A stretch of 52,577 bases of DNA, from assembly GCA_012862495.1 (NCBI GenBank), contig BLSG01000137.1, forward strand, positions 208,586 through 261,162, given 5' to 3'. Positions 12,392 through 22,771 of this stretch are shown piece by piece. The position numbers and the translations under genes were made by a program. Numbering within the stretch: the stretch's first letter is position 1; the number at the start of each line of letters is the position of its first letter. The DNA is from Thraustochytrium aureum (Eukaryota). Under the pieces are notes generated by a model, which was not told where the DNA came from, ran no database searches, and was given only the letters and a program-made list of their open reading frames with translations.

Positions 12392-14011
12392 CTAAACCGC
12401 GCCGTACTCGTCGAGCCACTCCTGATACTTTGCGAGGTCGCGGCCGCCAACGCTGCTTTGCACCTTGGAAAGCGCCTCGACAAAGTCTGCATGGCAAACA
12501 GGCGGCGTGGACGGATTGTCTTCCTGCAGCTGCTGCATCCGAGCCAGCATCTCGTCGCGCCCACCGCCAGCCGCCATGACTGACTTCTTGGTCTGCTCGA
12601 CGAGGCGGCGGATGGGCATCATCGACGCGTCGTGGCAGACATTGCTGATGTCGGCGCCGCTGTAGCCCTCGCTAGCGTTGGCGAGGGCTTCAAAGTCGAC
12701 GTTGTCGCCAAGGCGGACGCTTCGCGTGGCGAGCCGGAAGAGGCTCTCCCTCCCGGCAAAGTCCGGCAGCGGAATGTAGATCCGCTTCTCTAGGCGTCGG
12801 CGGATGGCGTCGTCAAGGTCCCACGGCAGGTTCGTGGCTGCAAGGACGACGACGGTCTTCTCCGAGTTGGTCACGCCGTCCATCTGCGTGAGCAACTCGC
12901 TCTTGACCCTGCGGCTTGCCTCGTGCTCGGTTGAGCCGCCGCGGGCCGAGGCGATCGAGTCGATCTCGTCAAAGAAGATCGTTGACGGGGCGTAGTATCG
13001 CGCCATGTCGAAGAGGATGCCGACCATCTTCTCGCTTTCCCCACGCCACTTGCTGGTCAGGCTGCTGCTCGCTACATTGAAAAAGCATGTCCTGCACTCG
13101 GACGCGATCGACTTTGCAAGCATGGTCTTGCCCGTTCCTGGGGGGCCAAACAAGAGGACCCCTTTCCACGGGCGACGGATGCCTGTGTAGTATTGAGGCA
13201 TGAGTTGCGGGTACAAGACAGCCTCCTCAAGCACCGTTTTGGCCCCCTGCAAACCAGCGATGTCCTCTGACTTGACGTCCAGGCTATGTGTCAGCATCGT
13301 GCTCTCGATCGACTTGATGAGCTCCATGTCCGCGCTGCCTTCCATGTGCTCCGCGTACGAGGGGCGGCCGCCAGGGCCGCTACCTTTGGAAGCCCCCTCG
13401 ACGCCGCTGCGCTTTTGCCTCCCGCCCGCGCGGGACGCGCCTCCGGCTCCTGCTCCGTTGCCAGCGCTGCTTCGCCGCCCGGCCTCGCTTGCTCGCTTCT
13501 CCATCGAGGTCGGGCCGCCTCTGCTGCGCGGGGCGGGCTCGTTCCTCGAGTTGTTGCCTTGTCGCGAGTTTGAAGACGCCGTTGAGTGCCGCCGGCGTGC
13601 GCTGGACGGCGCCGCTTGTTGGCGCCACACGGGCACGTCGTCTTCCTTGGGCGTTGGCGGCGCAAACACAGCGGGATCGTGCGCGGGCTCGCTTGCCTCT
13701 TCGCGCGGCGAGGGTCGACGCCGCACGCCAGCAGGGCTGGCCTCCTCTCCAGAAAGCGTACCGCGGATGCGCCCCACCACCGACCGCTCTTTGAGCAGCA
13801 GCTTGGCGGCCTTCCTCCACTTCTCCGCCGCGTGCCTGGCCTCCTTGGAGTCAAACCCAGGCCTTCTCGCGCACTCCCTCGCCTGCTTTTCCGCCATGGC
13901 CACCGCCTGCTCAAACAGCGCCTCGCTGCGTCCATACTCGCCGAGCATGGCGCTCTCGCGCGCGAGCTTGACCACGTCCGGCAGCTCTTCCACGCAGCGC
14001 GCAGCGGCCAT
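12392..14011 (-). CDS. KATNA1: Katanin p60 ATPase subunit A1
   Basis: N-terminal VKLARESAMLGEY (MIT-like), TGIRRPWKGVLLFGPPGTGKTMLAK, SKWRGESEK, IFFDEIDS, EHEASRRVKSELL, RRLEKRIYIPLP. Confidence 0.95.
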   Translation of the reverse strand: MAAARCVEELPDVVKLARESAMLGEYGRSEALFEQAVAMAEKQARECARRPGFDSKEARHAAEKWRKAAKLLLKERSVVGRIRGTLSGEEASPAGVRRRPSPREEASEPAHDPAVFAPPTPKEDDVPVWRQQAAPSSARRRHSTASSNSRQGNNSRNEPAPRSRGGPTSMEKRASEAGRRSSAGNGAGAGGASRAGGRQKRSGVEGASKGSGPGGRPSYAEHMEGSADMELIKSIESTMLTHSLDVKSEDIAGLQGAKTVLEEAVLYPQLMPQYYTGIRRPWKGVLLFGPPGTGKTMLAKSIASECRTCFFNVASSSLTSKWRGESEKMVGILFDMARYYAPSTIFFDEIDSIASARGGSTEHEASRRVKSELLTQMDGVTNSEKTVVVLAATNLPWDLDDAIRRRLEKRIYIPLPDFAGRESLFRLATRSVRLGDNVDFEALANASEGYSGADISNVCHDASMMPIRRLVEQTKKSVMAAGGGRDEMLARMQQLQEDNPSTPPVCHADFVEALSKVQSSVGGRDLAKYQEWLDEYGAV

Positions 14012-14071
14012 CGTCCCGCGCGCGCGAGCCTAACCCAACCGGCCAACTGCCTCTACCTCGGCAGGGCAATA

Positions 14072-14401
14072 CCTGCCTGCCTGCCTGCCTGCAACTGCTC
14101 CTGCTCCTGCTCCTGCAATAGCTCCTGCTGCTGCTGCTCTTGCATAGCTCCTGCTGCTGCTGCTGCTNNNNNNNNNNNNNNNNNNNNNNNNNNNNNNNNN
14201 NNNNNNNNNNNNNNNNNNNNNNNNNNNNNNNNNNNNNNNNNNNNNNNNNNNNNNNNNNNNNNNNNNNNNNNNNNNNNNNNNNNNNNNNNNNNNNNNNNNN
14301 NNNNNNNNNNNNNNNNNNNNNNNNNNNNNNNNNNNNNNNNNNNNNNNNNNNNNNNNNNNCCTGCTGCTGCTCCTGCGCCTGCTCCTGCTCCCGCTGCTCC
14401 T
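14072..14401. repeat. (CCTG)n/(CTG)n/(CTCCTG)n microsatellite flanking an N gap
   Basis: Low-complexity runs visible on both sides of the gap. Confidence 0.85.
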
Positions 14402-14494
14402 GTCGTGTTATTCTTCCTTGTGGTACCGTTACAGTCCGACCAAGGACCCAGGTACTATTCTGTTTTTTAATATTGAAATTCAGGCTTTAGATTG

Positions 14495-14834
14495 TCGTAA
14501 GGTCAGGCGCGGATCTTGAATGTGGAGGACTTGGGATTGGTTGAAGAGTGTGGCTTGGTTGGGCAAGCGACAATCGATTCCGCGTGCTGGCGCTAGTGCT
14601 GGTGGTGGTGGTGGTGGTGCTGTGGTGGTGCTGGTGGTGGCTTGCTGGTCGCCATTGCCATCGATCGTAAGGTCAGGCGCGGATCTTGAATGTGGAGGAC
14701 TTGGGATTGGTTGAAGAGTGTGGCTTGGTTGGGCAAGCGACAATCGATTCCGCGTGCTGGCGCTAGTGCTGCTGGTGGTGGTGGTGGTGCTGTGCTGGTG
14801 CTGGTGGTGGCTTGCTGGTCGCCATTGCCATCGA
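14495..14834. repeat. Two tandem copies of a 170-bp unit containing (GGT)n
   Basis: TCGTAAGGTCAGGCGCGGATCTTGAATG...GCCATTGCCATCGA starts at 14495 and again at 14665, nearly identical. Confidence 0.95.
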
Positions 14835-15297
14835 TTGAAAGCGAGCGCGCCCAGATGCCGATCTATGAACCCGTGAGTTGCATGCAGGTGGGGCAACAAG
14901 AAGTTCGTCCAGGCGAGTGTGCTGGTGCTGATTTCGGGCCGTCAAGGCGCCGTTGTCATGGCGTCTTTCTTGAAATCAAATCAATCAAAAGCGAACGCGT
15001 CCAGTGCCGAGCTATGGTCGCGCGAGCTGCACGCAGGTGGGACCTGAGGCAACTATTAATGAGCAGCTTGGTTGACGAACAATGATTCATTCATTCTTCT
15101 GTTCTTGGACGTGATCAACGTCTGCGGCTTCGGAGCCAAGCGCGGATTGGTGCTCAGGACGCGCGGCGCTCGGCGAGGGCCACCACGGCCCGCTTGGCTC
15201 TTCATACGATAGGCACTCGCTAGTAGAACCTGCCCGATCTCTCGCCAGAGGTCTACGGCGTCGTGGTGCGCTGGCGCGGCCGCGAGACTTGGCAACG

Positions 15298-16262
15298 ATG
15301 GAGGCCACGTCCGCCAAACGCGCCAACGAGCCGGCAACGGCGGCTGACGAGGCGGAGGACGCCAAGCGAGCTCGAACGGACGCTGGCGAAGCCGAGAGGC
15401 TCGAGGAGGAGGGGGAAGAGGATAGTGATCTTGAGGAGGGCGAGATTGCGTTCGAGGAGGACGGCGAGGACGGCGCAAGGGCTAGGGCAAGCGAGGCGTG
15501 GATTCTCGATTTGAAGAAGCCCGCTTCGGGCAGGGTGGTGCGGAGCCCGCTGCAGTTCGCCTGCGAATCTGGCAAGCCGCTCGAGGGTATGTGGCTCGAG
15601 TTTGGGGTGTTTTCGGGGCGCACGATAAACCTCATGGCAGAATACGCGCCGTCGGGACGCAAACTGTATGGATTCGACACCTTCTCTGGGCTGCCCGAGG
15701 ACTGGCGCGACACGCACAAGGCGGGCCACTTTGACTGCAATGGCAAGCTTCCGAAAGTTGCTCCGAGCGTGTGTCTAGTTGAGGGCCTTTTCCAGGACAC
15801 GCTCGAGCCGTTCCTCGCGGAGAGGACCACACCTGCTGACGCGCGAGTTGCAGTCGCGCATCTCGACGCCGACCTGTACTCTGCGACGATTTACGTTTTG
15901 CAAAAGCTTGCACCGCGCATTGTTCCTGGAACGCTGCTCGTTTTCGACGAGCTCATCAACTACAACGGCTTCGAGGAGCACGAGTGGAAGGCCCTGTTAG
16001 AGGCTGTCTTTGAGTTTGGCTGGGAGTTTGAGTGGTACGTTTATTCGCTGGTTTGTTGTGCAGCTGCTGGCCCAGGTCCGTGCCCTGCGCTCTGAGACGC
16101 CCTGCTCTGACGCCTTGCTCTGACGCCTTGCGCTCCTCTATCGCTTCCTTGCCTCCCAGGATTGCACAAAGCGGACCGCTCGAGGATCCCGTAGTTGCAG
16201 AGATCGCAGAGACACAGCAAGTGGCGTTGCGGATCACCAAAGTGGGGAAAAGCGGTCCATGA
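15298..16262 (+). CDS. Class I SAM-dependent methyltransferase, TylF/MycF-like; two exons (15298-16034, 16160-16262)
   Basis: WLEFGVFSG, LYGFDTFSGLPEDW, LVEGLFQDTL, AHLDADLYSAT, GTLLVFDE. Splicing restores FEW|IAQSG...QQVALRI. Confidence 0.88.
16035..16159 (+). other. Spliceosomal GT-AG intron, 125 nt
   Basis: GTACGT donor, CTGAC branch-like motifs, pyrimidine tract ending CCCAG. Removal keeps the frame (TG+G = Trp). Confidence 0.8.
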
Positions 16263-16593
16263 CGCAGCGCCTCGAACGGTGACCCCGCGTCGTTCCAGGC
16301 GCTTGGCGCCAAAGCGCACGTTGTTGCTGGCGCGGTCCCACCGAGGGGGCTGTCCCGCCACGCACCTGATGTAAAACACTGGCTACGGGACAATCTATTT
16401 TCTTGTTCGCCCGTGCCTCAAAAATACCAGTCGCGCTTGCCCGTGCCTCAAAATACCAGTCGCGCTTGCGCTTCTCACGCTGCTCGCACGCGCTTGCTCA
16501 CGCTCGCTCGCCCTTGTTGCGCGTGCACTCCGGTTTCTCTCGCGCTTGCTCGCGCCTCGCACCGACCACCTGGCCTAGCCGCGCATACTACCA

Positions 16594-17574
16594 CTACCTA
16601 CGCGGAGGCCCTGTGCTCTCCATTTGTACAAGGCCGCAGTCCATCATGAGGCGCAAGCGCGGACCCCAAACCGGGTCGCGCATGTAGCCGGCGTACCGCG
16701 CCGGGTCGCCACACGCTTCAAGCACCTTTTGCGTCTCAGGATCTTGCAGGATTCGGCGAATCTCCTCACGCTCGAGCAGCTGGTCTGCCTGGCGCTGAAG
16801 CTTGGCCTCCTCTGCCGTTACGATGGCCGGCTGCTGCGCAGCGCGGGCTTGTTCTGCCTTGCGTCGCTCCTCCTCCTCGCCGAGCTGCGTAAAGTGCGTG
16901 CCGAGGACCTTGAGCATCTCCATGATGAACGTGCTGGCTTCAGGCGTGGTCCCAAACTCGCGCATTGCCGCATTTGGGTCTTGCTGCAGGCTCTTTAGCA
17001 ATGCCGCACTTCGAGGGTCTCGCATACCCTTGGCCAAGACCGGGTTGCTGGCGATAAGCTTGGACAAGTTTTCATTGGCCCACTCCCCGTCCGTGAGCTT
17101 GTCCATCATGGCTTGCTGCACCTCGGGCAGCTCGAGCCCGTTCCGCTTCTTGCGATCGTTTTCGTCGTTGGCCGGCCCTGCAGGCGACGCGCCCTTTGAG
17201 CCGATCATAGGCATGCTGAAAAGCTCGTATGCTTCCGGAAACGCCGCTTTCAGCTCGGCGACTAGCGCTTTGCCCTGCTTGGTTGCTTGACCAACGGCGT
17301 TGATTCCGCGCTCGAGCGCCCTGGCGCCTTCCGTGACCTCGCCCAGGCTTTTGTGTGCGCGAGACTTCCAAAGGTAGGCTTTAGCCCATTTTTGGTCGAG
17401 TTTGATCGCGCAGTCCGCATCATTGAGGGCTTGCGTCGCGCTTTCCAGCTTCAGGTGGGCAAGCGCGCGGTTGCTGTGCAGGGCGGCGAGGCCATCGTAC
17501 CAGGGCTCCTCCCCACCGGCAGGCGTCGCGCGCTTGATGGCCTTGCCGTAGCACTCGATGGCGTGCCGCCCACC
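16594..17574 (-). CDS. TPR plus STI1/DP-repeat co-chaperone-like protein (5' end in gap)
   Basis: TPRs AIECYGKAIK, LHSNRALAHLKL..ALNDADCAIKLDQKWAKAYLWK. STI1-like motifs NPVLAKGMRDPR, LQQDPNAAM, ILQDPETQKVL, YMRDP. Confidence 0.8.
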   Translation of the reverse strand, partial: GGRHAIECYGKAIKRATPAGGEEPWYDGLAALHSNRALAHLKLESATQALNDADCAIKLDQKWAKAYLWKSRAHKSLGEVTEGARALERGINAVGQATKQGKALVAELKAAFPEAYELFSMPMIGSKGASPAGPANDENDRKKRNGLELPEVQQAMMDKLTDGEWANENLSKLIASNPVLAKGMRDPRSAALLKSLQQDPNAAMREFGTTPEASTFIMEMLKVLGTHFTQLGEEEERRKAEQARAAQQPAIVTAEEAKLQRQADQLLEREEIRRILQDPETQKVLEACGDPARYAGYMRDPVWGPRLRLMMDCGLVQMESTGPPRR

Positions 17575-18330
17575 NNNNNNNNNNNNNNNNNNNNNNNNNN
17601 NNNNNNNNNNNNNNNNNNNNNNNNNNNNNNNNNNNNNNNNNNNNNNNNNNNNNNNNNNNNNNNNNNNNNNNNNNNNNNNNNNNNNNNNNNNNNNNNNNNN
17701 NNNNNNNNNNNNNNNNNNNNNNNNNNNNNNNNNNNNNNNNNNNNNNNNNNNNNNNNNNNNNNNNNNNNNNNNNNNNNNNNNNNNNNNNNNNNNNNNNNNN
17801 NNNNNNNNNNNNNNNNNNNNNNNNNNNNNNNNNNNNNNNNNNNNNNNNNNNNNNNNNNNNNNNNNNNNNNNNNNNNNNNNNNNNNNNNNNNNNNNNNNNN
17901 NNNNNNNNNNNNNNNNNNNNNNNNNNNNNNNNNNNNNNNNNNNNNNNNNNNNNNNNNNNNNNNNNNNNNNNNNNNNNNNNNNNNNNNNNNNNNNNNNNNN
18001 NNNNNNNNNNNNNNNNNNNNNNNNNNNNNNNNNNNNNNNNNNNNNNNNNNNNNNNNNNNNNNNNNNNNNNNNNNNNNNNNNNNNNNNNNNNNNNNNNNNN
18101 NNNNNNNNNNNNNNNNNNNNNNNNNNNNNNNNNNNNNNNNNNNNNNNNNNNNNNNNNNNNNNNNNNNNNNNNNNNNNNNNNNNNNNNNNNNNNNNCGCTG
18201 GCCCGGGCGAGGTGAAGCGGTTGCATTTTAGTTTCGCTGGCTTGATTCGTTGATTGTCGAGATCGCGCCGGGCCCGGCTCCGGCTTCGCGAGGCCGCCCG
18301 AGGGCGCGCGCTGCGTCGCCTGCTTGCCAG

Positions 18331-20032
18331 CTAGTCGGCCTTGGCCATGGCGCGCTGGTCTTGCGCCTGCAGGTGCAGGACGACGCTGTGGAGCCCCCGC
18401 GAAAGGTAGAAAAACGAAATGCCTGTGAAGAGGTGCCAGCAGCCGTGGCCAATCCGCAAATAGTCGCGGTCCTGGTCAAGCCCGCGCACGAACCCGAGGA
18501 CGCCAAGGAACAGCAGCGCGGCCGCTGTCGTGAAGTCGCCCTGAGGGTTGCTTTTGAGGGCGGCCCGCACGGCTGGGTGCTTGACGAGGTACACGGCCAG
18601 CATTATAGACGCGGCGAAAATGGGGATCAAGGTGCACTCCAGCTTCCACGGCCCGATCTCCTGCAGGAGGACGGTGAAAAGGACGAGGGTCGTCCGCAGC
18701 AGCTTGACCGCGTCGCGCGGGAGCGTCGCACTCATCACATAGATTTGCGTGTTGACAAAGCTGAGGATGGCAAAGATGTTGTCGAGCCTGTGCCAGTTGC
18801 CCTCGGTCATGCCCCCCACCGTGTCGTCGATCGTGTCTGCAAGGTGGTACAGCGTGCTGTACGCCATCGTGGAGAACCCGACGACGGCCGTGTACGGGCT
18901 TCCCGCGTTCCACACAAAGCTAGTGGCCGGCGCCCCGCTCGCATTGCTGAGCACGGTGATGACCATCATGGCCCAGATCGAGTCTGTCCACGGCCGCGGC
19001 TCGCGCTCCCAGTGGTGAAACGAAAGCGACGAGTCTGCCTGGCACCTCCTCGTTTCAGTGGCCTGCAAGCAACACCACGAGCCGCGCCTGACGCTGTTGT
19101 TGCGAAACAGTGCGTCTGTGGCCGAATGTGGCGCAAGCGCCGTGAGCGTTCCAGCGGCACAACACAGGCAAAGAACGGACGCGACGCCGGCGAGCCGCGC
19201 CCCGCCCCGCGCGAGGTTGGCATAGAGCGCGGCTGCTGGCAGGGCAAGTAGGGGCCAGCGCAGGCTCCAAAACAGCCGAACAGCAGCAGGCACAGCGCCC
19301 GCCTCGTCCGCCTCCATGCGCTGGTGTGGAGCGCCAAGTGCAACCACTGCAACGCCAGCTCCGAGCCCGACAAAGACCGCAGCGCGCACCCCGAGTCGTG
19401 GCGATAGGCTCGCAACGGCAGCGAGGCAACCAAGCGGGACGAGAATGCCAGCGCGAGGGGCCCAGAGGAACTTTTCCTGCGCAAAGGTAATGAGGCTGAG
19501 CATGCCGAACTTGGCCAGCTCGATCCACTTGTACTTGGCTTCGCGAGCGCCGTCGTCGCTCTCAGGGGCCTCCTCGGCGGCGTTTAGCACCACAAGCACG
19601 GCGAGATACAGCGTTGCCACGTTTGCAACGCGCATCCAGCCCAGCGGGCTCATGAACAGCAGCTCTCCAGCAACGTAGTCTGTCAGGCTCATTGCAACAG
19701 TTGCAGTTGCGGCGAAGCCCGCAGCCACCGCCACCTCGGCGCGGTGGCCCGGCGACCATCGCGGCGCTGCCGAGAGCAGCGCCGCGCTGGCAAGAGCAAC
19801 GACCAGCGCGAGCACCGTCAGCGCGGCTGGCCGGTCGTCGTCCGAGGCGGCGGTCCAAGCCCAAGCGCCAGGCCTCCACCTGAAACCATACCCGTTTGCG
19901 CCGCACGTGAGCTGAGCGTCAGCGCGGCCAGCGCCGACTGGCTCGCAGCAGATCGTGACGCTCGTCTTGGCTCCGCGGCCCTCCGCCGGCCCGCAGCTCG
20001 CCGCGAGCGCCAGAAGCGCGATCACGAGCCGT
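18331..20032 (-). CDS. Multi-pass membrane protein with two CREST-superfamily (TMEM8/myomaker, DUF3522-like) domains (start in gap)
   Basis: The C-terminal domain has SN..AP, STLYHLAD, WHRLDNIF and HGCWHLF. The N-terminal half is a degenerate copy. Confidence 0.7.
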
Positions 20033-20510
20033 NNNNNNNNNNNNNNNNNNNNNNNNNNNNNNNNNNNNNNNNNNNNNNNNNNNNNNNNNNNNNNNNNNNN
20101 NNNNNNNNNNNNNNNNNNNNNNNNNNNNNNNNNNNNNNNNNNNNNNNNNNNNNNNNNNNNNNNNNNNNNNNNNNNNNNNNNNNNNNNNNNNNNNNNNNNN
20201 NNNNNNNNNNNNNNNNNNNNNNNNNNNNNNNNNNNNNNNNNNNNNNNNNNNNNNNNNNNNNNNNNNNNNNNNNNNNNNNNNNNNNNNNNNNNNNNNNNNN
20301 NNNNNNNNNNNNNNNNNNNNNNNNNNNNNNNNNNNNNNNNNNNNNNNNNNNNNNNNNNNNNNNNNNNNNNNNNNNNNNNNNNNNNNNNNNNNNNNNNNNN
20401 NNNNNNNNNNNNNNNNNNNNNNNNNNNNNNNNNNNNNNNNNNNNNNNNNNNNNNNNNNNNNNNNNNNNNNNNNNNNNNNNNNNNNNNNNNNNNNNNNNNN
20501 NNNNNNNNNN

Positions 20511-20836
20511 GGGTACAGGCGCAGCGAGTGGATGATGTCGAGCGTCGTCTCCTTGCTGTCGTTGAGGACGAGCGAGATGCGCGCGTCAAACTCGCCCCAG
20601 CCAGTTTGCGTGACCACAAAGGGCGGCGCGTCGCAAGTCACTACTGGTATCGCGCAGCTCGGGTGCAGCGTGAACACGACGCGCTTCACCAGGTAGCTCA
20701 GGTCCTCGTCCTGCAACCCACGCACGTAGATGCTCCATCTGTGCGACTGCCCTTCGGTGGCCTTCTTGCCCAAAAAGAAAGCAATCGACCCGTAGACAAG
20801 CGGCACGCACACCGCCTTGCCCTCCAGGCGGCCCAT
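20511..20836 (-). CDS. YEATS4: YEATS-domain protein, Yaf9/GAS41-like (3' end in gap)
   Basis: PLVYGSIAFFLG..HRWSIYVRG..DLSYLVKRVVFTLHPS..PPFVVTQTGWGEF..HSLRLY. Confidence 0.92.
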
Positions 20837-21643
20837 CGCGTGCGCGCGACTCGGCGCAGCCGCCTCCGCTGCTGCGCGCCGCTGTTCTCGACAGCGGTTC
20901 AGATGGCCCAACGAACACCGAGCAGCTCTCGTCTGGCCTGTGGCGGACATTGGTCGGCCGATCCTACCAACATCTCCTTGTTCGCTCACGAACAATCAAT
21001 CAAGAGCTGGACTTGCAGGCCTCGCTCGCAGGCGCCGCCATCGCGCAGCTTTGCTCGTGCGACAGCTGCGTTCGAGCGTTCAGCCGATCAGCATCGACCG
21101 ACCATCGATTGACCTCGCGCGGCGCTGGCCCCAGCAGGTTGCCGCCGGGTGGCTCGCGCGCCTCGCCGTTTTCCGGCGAGTGGGCCGGCAAAGCGTGCTC
21201 TCTCGGTGGACCCCGGTGGCCCTCGTACGTGCGGTCCCTGTCGAGGGTTCGGCTGCATGCATGTGACATTGTGCATTTCATCTGCGTCCGCGCTTGGATC
21301 CGGCAAGTCCGTCACGATGCGGGAGATGAACTGCTTTCGGTGCGCTCCATGCCGCTCACGCCCTACTCTCGCTCCGGAGTCCGAGCGCTGCTGGTACTCA
21401 CCAAGCGCCTGGTCATCGACGGCCCGCTCTGCAAGATGGCAAAGAAGACGAGCTGGCACGTTCCGTCCGCGACGCAGGCGAGCGAGCAGCCCGCATCAGG
21501 CCCGACGCGGCTTCGCGCGAGACTGGAGACTGGAGTAGGTACCGGCCAACTCGTGCAAGTAGAGTGAGTGTTGTACTGAGCAGAGTACCTTTTGCGCCGG
21601 CCTGCAAACGGCATTGAGCAGATCCCTGCGTCGCGCATGGCGG

Positions 21644-21703
21644 CCCGTGGTCACAGCGCCTGAGAAGTGGCGACCCGTGGTCACAGCGCCTGAGAAGTGG
21701 CGA
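21644..21703. repeat. Perfect 30-bp tandem duplication
   Basis: CCCGTGGTCACAGCGCCTGAGAAGTGGCGA twice. Confidence 0.9.
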
Positions 21704-22771
21704 CCGCGACGTCGGCTTCACAGCTCGCACCGTGCGTGATGCTTGTCGCGCCGCGGCGGCCGGCGCAGCGGTGCATTTCTCCTCAACGTCACGGTGGCAA
21801 GCAGTACTCCAACGAAGTGCTCCATGCACGGTTGGCTGGCTACTCTGGAATGCTGCGCCAGGTGCTTGACTCCGCCCCCTCCTCACCTCCCTCACACTGG
21901 AAGGCGCAACGAACAGAGGGAACCCCGCACCGACCGGGATCGAATCGCCATCCAGGGGGCATCCGGGACAAACGCCGCGTCCCATCCCGTTCGCGGCCGG
22001 CCGGCCCACGATCCGCAAGGTGCATGCGCCGGGGAGCCATCTTGGAAAGCCTCGTCGCACGCGCACGCTGCCCCCCTGCAGAATCGCGCGCAATCGGCCG
22101 AGCCTTGCGTGAGGCGAGCCGCCGTCCCACTCAGAGAAACGCTCGGCGCGATTGTGAGGATCCGCCATGGGAACGGCGGGGCCAGGAGGGGAACGAGTTC
22201 CCAAAGCAGAACCACCCTCCTGCCCGCCTGTGAGGGGCTCCTGGAAGGCGCCAGGAAGGGANNNNNNNNNNNNNNNNNNNNNNNNNNNNNNNNNNNNNNN
22301 NNNNNNNNNNNNNNNNNNNNNNNNNNNNNNNNNNNNNNNNNNNNNNNNNNNNNNNNNNNNNNNNNNNNNNNNNNNNNNNNNNNNNNNNNNNNNNNNNNNN
22401 NNNNNNNNNNNNNNNNNNNNNNNNNNNNNNNNNNNNNNNNNNNNNNNNNNNNNNNNNNNNNNNNNNNNNNNNNNNNNNNNNNNNNNNNNNNNNNNNNNNN
22501 NNNNNNNNNNNNNNNNNNNNNNNNNNNNNNNNNNNNNNNNNNNNNNNNNNNNNNNNNNNNNNNNNNNNNNNNNNNNNNNNNNNNNNNNNNNNNNNNNNNN
22601 NNNNNNNNNNNNNNNNNNNNNNNNNNNNNNNNNNNNNNNNNNNNNNNNNNNNNNNNNNNNNNNNNNNNNNNNNNNNNNNNNNNNNNNNNNNNNNNNNNNN
22701 NNNNNNNNNNNNNNNNNNNNNNNNNNNNNNNNNNNNNNNNNNNNNNNNNNNNNNNNNNNNNNNNNNNNNNN

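Noticed and set aside
18331..20995. YEATS domain fused to the CREST-like membrane protein
   Set aside because: The ORFs are linked only through Ns. The membrane protein has its own signal-like start, so two genes are more likely.
21644..21703. CRISPR-like 30-bp repeat (similar short pair at 16409-16467)
   Set aside because: Only two abutting copies, no spacers, no cas genes and a eukaryotic context.
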